From: an uncultured Acidobacteriota bacterium
GTDB taxonomy: Bacteria; Acidobacteriota; Terriglobia; UBA7540
DNA: 64,000 nucleotides
Reading direction: 5' to 3'
NCBI GenBank assembly: GCA_964501985.1
Contig: CAZCVY010000005.1
Span: 377-64,376, forward strand
A program made the position numbers and the translations under genes. A model generated the notes under the pieces. The model did not search any database. It was not told the origin of the DNA and was given only the letters and a program-made list of their open reading frames with translations. Positions within the stretch are counted from its first letter, which is position 1; every line of letters starts with the position of its first letter. Of this stretch, positions 25,359 to 32,695 are shown piece by piece.

Positions 25359-26738
25359 ATGACCCAATCACTGAATTCGAAATTCATTCCTGGTCCGACT
25401 TACGCCGAAATGTTCGACCCAGCGACGCTGCCGGCGGCTCTCCGTGATAGAGCCTTGGCGGCGCAGAGCGACGAGCTGGACCCCGCCAATCTGTTCAACA
25501 TTACTTGGCGCGGACCGGATCATGGCATTCGCCACGTGCTTCTGCCCCATGAGCTGACGGGCGTGAAGGCGAATATCGTGGTCATGGTGGGGCACTATTT
25601 TCCCTCCGGCAGTCACAAGGTAGGGCCAGCCTACTCCACGCTGATGGAAGGGGAACTAGCGGGAGAAATCGAGCCCGGCAAGAGCACCACCGTCGGCCCT
25701 TCCACCGGCAATTTTGGAATTGGTGTGGCGTACGTTTCGCGGCTGAAGGGTTACCCCGCCATCGTGATCATGCCGGAAGGGATGAGCGCGGAACGCTACG
25801 AGCGCATCCGGCATTACGGCGGGGAGCTTGACCTCACGCCCGGCTCGGAGAGCGACGTCATCCTGGTGCTCGAGCGCACGCTGGAGTATCGCAAGGACCC
25901 GCGCAACAAAGTACTGGCGCAATTTGAGCTGCTTCCCAATTACCGATTCCACCGCTACGTAACGGGACGCAGCGCGCTGGAGGCGGCGAAACCCTACGGA
26001 AATGGTCGCGTCGCGTTGTTTGCGGCGGCCCCGGGATCGGCTGGAACGCTCGCGGCGGGCGACGAAATCAAGGCCGCCTGCCCGGATTGCCTGGTCGCGG
26101 CACTCGAACCGCGCGAGTGCTCCACCCTCTTCAACAATGGATTTGGGAGCCACCGCATCGAAGGCATCGGCGATAAGATGGTGACCCTCATCCACAACGT
26201 CTTGACCACCGACTACGTGGTCGTGATTCACGATGATGATTGCGTGATGGGGCTGGAACTGCTCGAGCGACGCCAGCACAGCATCGAACCGTACGTGGGA
26301 TTGCCGGCGGGATCGCTCAGGACACTTCAGGGTTTGTTTGGGGTGTCAGGCATCTGCAATATCCTTGGCACGATTCGCATGGCACGTTTTCTCGACCTTG
26401 GGACCGATGACAACGTGGTGACGATTGCCACCGACGGCTTCGATCGCTATCCCTCCGTGCTCGCGGACCTGGAAAAGCGCACGGGGCCGCTGCCCCTCAG
26501 CGCTCTTGACGCGCGCTTCGAAGCGGTTTTCCGGGGTGGAGGGCCGGAAGATATTTTGGATGTTCGCCCGCAGGAAGAGAAAGAGCGGCTGTTTGGGTAT
26601 AAACAAGAAGTATGGACGAACTTCGGCTATTCCCTTTCCTATTTGGAGGCGATGAAATCGCAGGCGTTCTGGGACGCGGAATTCGGCAAGATTGGCGAGA
26701 TTGACGCGAAGCTGGTCGCAACGCGGGATACGGGATAA
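25359..26738 (+). CDS. fold-type II (Trp-synthase-beta-like) PLP-dependent enzyme, subfamily unknown
   Basis: 459-aa ORF. Candidate PLP lysine in FPSGSHKVGPAY. Glycine-rich PSTGNFGIGVAY. Roughly 100-aa C-terminal extension. Confidence 0.7.
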   Translation: MTQSLNSKFIPGPTYAEMFDPATLPAALRDRALAAQSDELDPANLFNITWRGPDHGIRHVLLPHELTGVKANIVVMVGHYFPSGSHKVGPAYSTLMEGELAGEIEPGKSTTVGPSTGNFGIGVAYVSRLKGYPAIVIMPEGMSAERYERIRHYGGELDLTPGSESDVILVLERTLEYRKDPRNKVLAQFELLPNYRFHRYVTGRSALEAAKPYGNGRVALFAAAPGSAGTLAAGDEIKAACPDCLVAALEPRECSTLFNNGFGSHRIEGIGDKMVTLIHNVLTTDYVVVIHDDDCVMGLELLERRQHSIEPYVGLPAGSLRTLQGLFGVSGICNILGTIRMARFLDLGTDDNVVTIATDGFDRYPSVLADLEKRTGPLPLSALDARFEAVFRGGGPEDILDVRPQEEKERLFGYKQEVWTNFGYSLSYLEAMKSQAFWDAEFGKIGEIDAKLVATRDTG

Positions 26739-26826
26739 AAGGGTAAAGTCTAAAGGGTAAAGTTTAAAGGGGAAGAGATAAAGACGACAGAAGGATGAAG
26801 TATGAAGGCTGAAGGATGAAAGCTGG
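26739..26826. repeat. word arrays after the PLP gene (AAGGGTAAAG...; GAAGGAT heptamers)
   Basis: AAGGGTAAAGTCTAAAGGGTAAAGTTTAAAGG, then GAAGGAT GAAGTAT GAAGGCT GAAGGAT GAAAGCT. Confidence 0.75.
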
Positions 26827-26870
26827 AGTGCGGGCACCGACGGGGGCGAACCGGCCCAACTGGCATGCCT

Positions 26871-27039
26871 GCGAAGCTTTAGAGTGCGGTAGCTTGCTAC
26901 CGCTTTCTCACCAGCCAGCTTGCTGGCTGGGGCTTCATTGCGCGGCCTGGTAGCGGGGAACGGGGCGCGGTTTCGAAACCTCGCGAGCAAGCTCGCGGGG
27001 AGGAAAGCGGTAGCAAACTACCGCACTCTAAAGCTTCGC
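26871..27039. repeat. composite REP/MITE-like palindromic element
   Basis: 37-nt arms (26871-26907 and 27003-27039) are inverted copies with one mismatch. The interior holds two further hairpins (CCAGCCAGCTTGCTGGCTGG and CCTCGCGAGCAAGCTCGCGGGG). Confidence 0.85.
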
Positions 27040-27047
27040 CCGCCCGT

Positions 27048-27713
27048 TCACGATCGAGGCGCGGGAAGGTTCTTGAGCTGTTCCAGTGTCGCCGAGTTTA
27101 CTTTTTGTATGCCGGCAATACGCACCAGGGTTCTGTCACTCTTTTGTTGAAACAGGATGAGAGTGTAAAGATCGTAGGGAGCCGTCGCCGTTACCAAACC
27201 CCAGACTGTCGGGCGGGGATCTTCAGTTTTCTGATCAGACTTCGGCAAAGCACCTACCCAGGCAGTGACGGGATTAAATCCCTTGACCACTTCATCCGGA
27301 TTATCTTTCGCGAAATCGTTCCAGGAGTCCTTGATCGCTTCGTTCTTTTCCGTTCCCAGCGCAATGTCCGTGCCGACATGGGCCACATAGAGCTCGCCGC
27401 TCCGTTTGAATACGGTAATCCAGCATCCACTCATCGGTCCGGTCAACACATCAAAACCTTGTGCGCCGGGGATCAGTTGGCAGAAGGTTATCTCCCCGGG
27501 GATGTACGTCAGCCACTGGAAAGTCCTATGCTTCTTGGGGTGAATTCCCGACTGAAGCTGGCTTGTCTTGGTGAATACCCCTGTCGATTCCATCACGGAA
27601 AGGATTTCTGAAAAATATTGCTGCCAGATCCCGACGGTGTCCTTACTAACCTTGCGGGCTGGCGGATCGGACCACTTGATGTACCTGCCGACAAGCAGTT
27701 TCGATTCGATCAT
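27048..27713 (-). CDS. hypothetical protein with CNF1/BLF1-like Cys-His (LSGC-type) deamidase signature
   Basis: ORF 27048..27734; start placed at ATG 27713, with GGAG 5 nt upstream. GPMSGC(104)WITVFKRSGELYVAH(119)VGT in 228-aa numbering. Visibly lower GC than its neighbours. No signal peptide. Confidence 0.55.
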   Translation of the reverse strand: MIESKLLVGRYIKWSDPPARKVSKDTVGIWQQYFSEILSVMESTGVFTKTSQLQSGIHPKKHRTFQWLTYIPGEITFCQLIPGAQGFDVLTGPMSGCWITVFKRSGELYVAHVGTDIALGTEKNEAIKDSWNDFAKDNPDEVVKGFNPVTAWVGALPKSDQKTEDPRPTVWGLVTATAPYDLYTLILFQQKSDRTLVRIAGIQKVNSATLEQLKNLPAPRS

Positions 27714-27802
27714 TACTTCTCCCCCAACGAGCAAGATTTAGATTTCGGCCCTGAATTACCAGAATTATATCACGGGGCCGACCCTCGACCTGGGTCGTTT
27801 GT

Positions 27803-27845
27803 CCTTTAACCTTTATCCTTTAAACTTTCCACCTTATCCTTTATG
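27803..27845. repeat. inverted partner word array (CCTTTAACCTTTATCCTTTAAACTTTCC...)
   Basis: CCTTTAAACTTT (27817-27828) is the reverse complement of AAAGTTTAAAGG (26759-26770). Confidence 0.6.
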
Positions 27846-27892
27846 ATTTTCCCCGTACCTCGTGTCCCGAATCCCTTATCCCGAGTTCTTCT

Positions 27893-28471
27893 ATGGAAAA
27901 TGCGAATGTTAAACTAAACGTTGCCGAGGTCCGGGAGAAGTCCCAGTTGATGTCGGCTTCGGAAATTGACCGCACTCTGGTGCGGCTGGCCAATGAAATC
28001 CTCGAGCGCAACAACGGCCTGGCGGGAGTTGTCCTGGTCGGCATCCGCAGGCGCGGAGTTCCTCTGGCTGAGCGCCTGGCCAAGAAGATGATGGATATTG
28101 AAAAGACCGCGCCCCCCGTCGAGACGCTCGATATCACCTTCTATCGCGATGACCTCTCCACCGTCGCGCAGAAACCCGTGGTCCATGAATTGCCCTCGGC
28201 ATTTACCGTCGAGGGGAAAACGGTGATTCTGGTGGACGACGTACTTTACACCGGCCGCACCACGCGGGCGGCGCTCGATGCCCTGCTGGATCACGGCCGC
28301 CCGCAACGCGTGGACCTCTGCGTCCTGATCGACCGCGGCCATCGCGAGCTGCCCATCCAGGCCAATTACGTGGGGCGGGTGATCCAAACTTCCGACACGG
28401 AAGTGATTGAAGTGCGCCTGCGCGAAATCGACAACGAAGAAAAAGTGAAGCTCTGCGAGCGCGTAGTGTAG
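27893..28471 (+). CDS. pyrR: bifunctional pyrimidine operon regulator / uracil phosphoribosyltransferase
   Basis: 192-aa ORF with PRPP-binding motif VILVDDVLYTGRTTRAAL and an overall PyrR-like sequence. Confidence 0.9.
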   Translation: MENANVKLNVAEVREKSQLMSASEIDRTLVRLANEILERNNGLAGVVLVGIRRRGVPLAERLAKKMMDIEKTAPPVETLDITFYRDDLSTVAQKPVVHELPSAFTVEGKTVILVDDVLYTGRTTRAALDALLDHGRPQRVDLCVLIDRGHRELPIQANYVGRVIQTSDTEVIEVRLREIDNEEKVKLCERVV

Positions 28472-28903
28472 GGGCGCTGGGAGGGGGTAACTCCGACGAC
28501 GTAACAAACCACCTCACGTGAAGGCGCAAAGCCGTAGAGACTCCCCATAAACAACTGGTCTGTTATCTTGCGGCTCTGCGCCTCTGCGCGAGATGTTCTT
28601 CATGATCTGCTGATCTCCTGAAACAAATAATAAACATTCTTGTAACGCGAAATTCTTGTTGGCTCGACATGCTATGGAGTTCGGGAGTTTCCATACGATA
28701 TCTCATAGCGCGGGCAAGCGGTACCGACGGCATAAGTAATGTGCCCATTCGGTTTCAAGCACTTACAGACACGTCTGATTTCCGGAAGTTTGGAGTCAGG
28801 TTTGCGAGAGCAGCAAGGTAACCAACGATTGAGTACGATCCCCAGGTAGCGCTGATTATTGAAACTGGAATCTCCCCCCAGCAGGGGGTGTCCGAGGAGG
28901 ACT

Positions 28904-31900
28904 ATGAAACGAAAGGTGTTCTGCCATTTCAAGCGGATGCGGATCCCCCTCGCGGGCGCCGCAGTGATTCTGATCACGCTCATCGCCTTACCACTGACCA
29001 GTGAGGCGCAGCAAACCGTCGGTGGTATCACCGGGACGGTGCTCGATGCTTCCGGCGCTGCCGTACAGAATGCCACCGTGAAGGCGCGGAACGTGGCCAC
29101 CAATTTCGAGGTGACCGTAAACTCGAGTTCCAGCGGGTCCTACTCCATCTCCAACCTTCCCGTCGGAACTTACGAATTGAAGTTCACGAAGGAGGGCTTC
29201 GAGACCGAGACCCACACCCAGGTTCTGGTGACGAGCGACCGGACCACGACGGTGGAAGCCAGCCTGAAAGTTGGCGCGGTCAGCACCACGGTGGAAGTGA
29301 CCTCTACGCCGCTCATGAACCAGACCGACGCCACCAACGGCTATGTGGTTGATCAGCTTACCATTCAGGACACGCCGCTGGGGACTGGCAGCTTTACGCA
29401 ACTGGCGATTCTGACTCCAGGCGTGCACGCGGATTTTCTGTCCGGCGCCGGCGCTAACGCCGGGCTCGGCAACCAAGCGATTTTTGCCAACGGCAACCGC
29501 GACACCAGCAACAGTTTTTCGCTGAACGGAGTCAGCACCAATAACCTCTTCAACGGAAACTCCACCAGTCAGGTGGGTGAGAACCGTTTCGTGCTCAACA
29601 CGGGTGAGAACTTCGGCGCCGGCGGTTTAATTCAAACCAGCACTTCTGTGTACGGCGCAATCGGCCAGGCGCTGCCCACCCCTCCCCTCGACTCGATTCA
29701 GGAAATTGCCGTCAACGCCGCAATGTTTGACGCCACCCAAGGCAACAATAGCGGTGCGCACATCAGCGTGTTAACCAAGTCCGGCACCAATCAGATCCAC
29801 GGGTCGGCCTGGGAGCAATGGCAGAACAGCGACTTGAACGCCGCGCCCTTTTTCTATAATGCGGACAACCTCCCCAACCCCTTTCTGAACCGCAACCAGT
29901 TCGGAGCTACGATTGGCGGGCCGCTAAAGAAAGACAAGTTGTTTTACTTCCTTTCCTACCAGGGAGTCCGTGTCTCCGATGCGGCGGAATCAACCAAGGA
30001 CGTGGTCGTACCGCTCGGTCTAACTAACGACCGGAGTCCAGGTGGCATCGCGGCCGCCATCAACTCCACCTACGGCACGACATCGTTCACGCCCGGCCAG
30101 GTTAGCGCGACGGCGTTGAACTTACTGCAAGCCAAGCTTCCCAACGGACAATATTTGATTCCTACTCCGCAGATCACCAATGGGAACACTGCCTACACGC
30201 TCGGTTACGATGCCGTGGTTCAGGGATTCAACTCGCAGGCGCCCGTGGATCAGGGCATTGCCGATGTGGATTATCAGGTGAACGATAAGGACCGTTTGTC
30301 CGGGAAATTCTATATTCAAACCAACCCGACCACCAATCCGGTTGGCGCCGCTGGCGTGCTGCTGGGATTCGCGCAACAGCTTTCGGCGGGAAGCGACGTC
30401 GGCACCATCACCAACAGCGTCATCCTTTCCCCTAGCGTCACCTGGGAGCAGCACCTCGGCTTCACGCGCCTGCGGGCTTACGCAGTAACGGGACAGGACT
30501 TCACTCCGTCTCAGATCGGCATGAATCTGCTGGGCTCGAACACCTTCCCCCAAATCGAAATCACCACGGCAGACCCGACTGTCGGCTATGGTCTGCAATT
30601 CGGCCCCAGCACCAGCTTTGGCAATGCCGGTATGTTCCAGAATCAATGGGAAGCGGAGTCCTCCCTGAACATGGTAAAAGGGAGACACACGATCGCGTTC
30701 GGCGGGCAGTGGGACCGCGCGCAACTCAATATCATCAACAATAACGTCAGCACGGACGACGTCGTATTCGAGAACTTTCAGAGCTTTGTGGAAGGCAGCG
30801 TATACGGCGGGGATGCGTTTGCGGGTTCGGCGAGCCGGTACTACCGGTCCACTACGGCCGGCGCGTATATCAACGACAACTTCAAAGTTCGCAACAACCT
30901 GACGTTGACCGGCGGCGTGCGGTGGGATTTCGACGGGCCGCTCTCGGAGAAGTATGGCAAGCTAACCGGGTTTAACCCCGCGGCGTACGCCTACGACGCA
31001 GGCACGGATACCATCACCAACTCGGGATTGGAAATTGCCGCGAACAATCCGGGCGCCGCCACGAAGGGCGTCAGCGACTCCTTGATGACCCAACACCAGT
31101 GGGGCTTCGCGCCGCGGATCGGCATCGCCTGGACGCCCTATTCGAAGCTGACAGTACGCGCCGGATACGGAATTTACTACGATCGCGGCGAGCTCTTTAG
31201 CTACTTGTCGCCCAGTGCCGGCTCCGGGTTCAACGGACCATTCGGCGTGACGCTGGCGCCGCCCTTCGTCGAACCGGTTGCCGCAGACCGAGGAGCTTCC
31301 ATTTCCACGCCCTTCGGCACGACCGCACCCACACCCCCCACGGTCAGCGCTGCTAATTTTCTTTCCTATTTGCCCAATCTGTCAGAGACCTCGTCGGGTT
31401 ACTGGCCGACGGGCAACATGTTTGGCCCCTTCCTCTATGGCGGCTATGACATTAGTAACAAGCTGCCGAACACCCAGAACTGGACCCTGGACTTTCAATA
31501 CCAGTTCTCCAACAACTGGCTCTTCGATCTCGCCTATGTGGGTAACCGTGGCGTGCATGAAGTCCTGCCCGTTCCCTTTAACCAGTCTCTCCTCGCCACG
31601 CCGTCGAATCCGGTGAACGGCCAGATGTATTCTTATGGTGGCTTAAGCCCGCTCAGTTCGTGCAACGCCTACTACAGTGGCGCGACACCCCTCGACCTCG
31701 AACCACTCTGCCCGCCGCCGTATTATGCCGGCAATGCCGAAGTCCGCGTGCCCTATATCGGCTATGACATGAATTCGGTGTCCTACGAAGCCGAAGGCAT
31801 CTCGAGCTACCATGCCTTGCAGCTTCAGTTACGGAAGCGCCTATCCCACGGGCTGCAATTCACCGCTTCTTACACCTACTCACATGCTCTCGACGAGCAG

Positions 31901-32641
31901 AGCGGGCTGGGCTTGTTCGTCACGGGAAACAACCCCTTGGTTCCGCGAGATAACTATGCCTCAGCGGACTTCGACCAGACGCATGTGTTCCTGATCAATT
32001 ACAGCTACACACTCCCAGCCTTCGCCAAGAACAGCAAAGCTCTCGGGTACGCCGTGAATGGCTGGACCATTGGCGGACAGACCGTGGCCCAAAGCGGCCA
32101 GCCCTATAGCGTGTACGATTATTCGGGTTCGGTGGCGGGCATCTATTACGGCACCTATGATGAGATCGGCAACCCCATCGTCCCGCTCGCAGCGGGCGTA
32201 ACCCCCAAGCAGGCGGAGTTACAGGGTACGCACGGCGTCAATGCGGGCAAGCCGGTACTGAATGCCGCCGATTTTTCTCCGCAGTTCCTTCAGCCCGGAC
32301 AGGACGGCGTGCCGCCCTGCGACGCGACGGGATGCGACGATTGGGAATCGGTGTTCGGGACCACGGGAAGAAATACCTTTCGGGGGCCATTCCAAGTGCG
32401 CTTCGATATGAGCGTGGCCAAGGAATTCCCGATCATCAAGGACCGCTTACGCATCCAGTTTAGGGCGGACGCGTTCAATATCTTCAACCAACCCGATTTT
32501 GACACACCGAACAACGATGTGGACTTCTTCCCCTACTACGAGGGACCTCCTTCGATCCCTCCCGAGGGCGACCTTGGGCAAATTCAACACACCATCGGAA
32601 GCTCGCGCTTTCTCCAACTCGGCCTGCACCTCTTTTTCTAA
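28904..32641 (+). CDS. TonB-dependent receptor with carboxypeptidase-regulatory-like N-terminal domain
   Basis: ORF 28859..32641; start placed at ATG 28904. Signal peptide, CarboxypepD_reg-like segment (GTVLDASGAAVQNATVKARN...YELKFTKEGF), long beta-barrel, terminal aromatic ...LHLFF. Confidence 0.85.
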   Translation: MKRKVFCHFKRMRIPLAGAAVILITLIALPLTSEAQQTVGGITGTVLDASGAAVQNATVKARNVATNFEVTVNSSSSGSYSISNLPVGTYELKFTKEGFETETHTQVLVTSDRTTTVEASLKVGAVSTTVEVTSTPLMNQTDATNGYVVDQLTIQDTPLGTGSFTQLAILTPGVHADFLSGAGANAGLGNQAIFANGNRDTSNSFSLNGVSTNNLFNGNSTSQVGENRFVLNTGENFGAGGLIQTSTSVYGAIGQALPTPPLDSIQEIAVNAAMFDATQGNNSGAHISVLTKSGTNQIHGSAWEQWQNSDLNAAPFFYNADNLPNPFLNRNQFGATIGGPLKKDKLFYFLSYQGVRVSDAAESTKDVVVPLGLTNDRSPGGIAAAINSTYGTTSFTPGQVSATALNLLQAKLPNGQYLIPTPQITNGNTAYTLGYDAVVQGFNSQAPVDQGIADVDYQVNDKDRLSGKFYIQTNPTTNPVGAAGVLLGFAQQLSAGSDVGTITNSVILSPSVTWEQHLGFTRLRAYAVTGQDFTPSQIGMNLLGSNTFPQIEITTADPTVGYGLQFGPSTSFGNAGMFQNQWEAESSLNMVKGRHTIAFGGQWDRAQLNIINNNVSTDDVVFENFQSFVEGSVYGGDAFAGSASRYYRSTTAGAYINDNFKVRNNLTLTGGVRWDFDGPLSEKYGKLTGFNPAAYAYDAGTDTITNSGLEIAANNPGAATKGVSDSLMTQHQWGFAPRIGIAWTPYSKLTVRAGYGIYYDRGELFSYLSPSAGSGFNGPFGVTLAPPFVEPVAADRGASISTPFGTTAPTPPTVSAANFLSYLPNLSETSSGYWPTGNMFGPFLYGGYDISNKLPNTQNWTLDFQYQFSNNWLFDLAYVGNRGVHEVLPVPFNQSLLATPSNPVNGQMYSYGGLSPLSSCNAYYSGATPLDLEPLCPPPYYAGNAEVRVPYIGYDMNSVSYEAEGISSYHALQLQLRKRLSHGLQFTASYTYSHALDEQSGLGLFVTGNNPLVPRDNYASADFDQTHVFLINYSYTLPAFAKNSKALGYAVNGWTIGGQTVAQSGQPYSVYDYSGSVAGIYYGTYDEIGNPIVPLAAGVTPKQAELQGTHGVNAGKPVLNAADFSPQFLQPGQDGVPPCDATGCDDWESVFGTTGRNTFRGPFQVRFDMSVAKEFPIIKDRLRIQFRADAFNIFNQPDFDTPNNDVDFFPYYEGPPSIPPEGDLGQIQHTIGSSRFLQLGLHLFF

Positions 32642-32655
32642 AAGTTCGCTCCCGC

Positions 32656-32687
32656 GCGGCCGGCACAAATACATATGTGCCGGCCGC
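32656..32687. terminator. bidirectional GC-rich hairpin between convergent genes
   Basis: GCGGCCGGCACA (32656-32667) pairs perfectly with TGTGCCGGCCGC (32676-32687), loop 8 nt. Lies between the TonB receptor stop (32641) and the ggt stop (32696). Confidence 0.6.
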
Positions 32688-32695
32688 AGACCTTT

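Noticed and set aside
27840-27892. Searched upstream of pyrR and other genes for PyrR binding-loop RNA (A/G-UCCAGAGAGG-type) and for purine riboswitches upstream of nupC, add and xdh.
   Set aside because: No convincing match to either consensus was seen by eye. Absence cannot be proven without a covariance-model scan.
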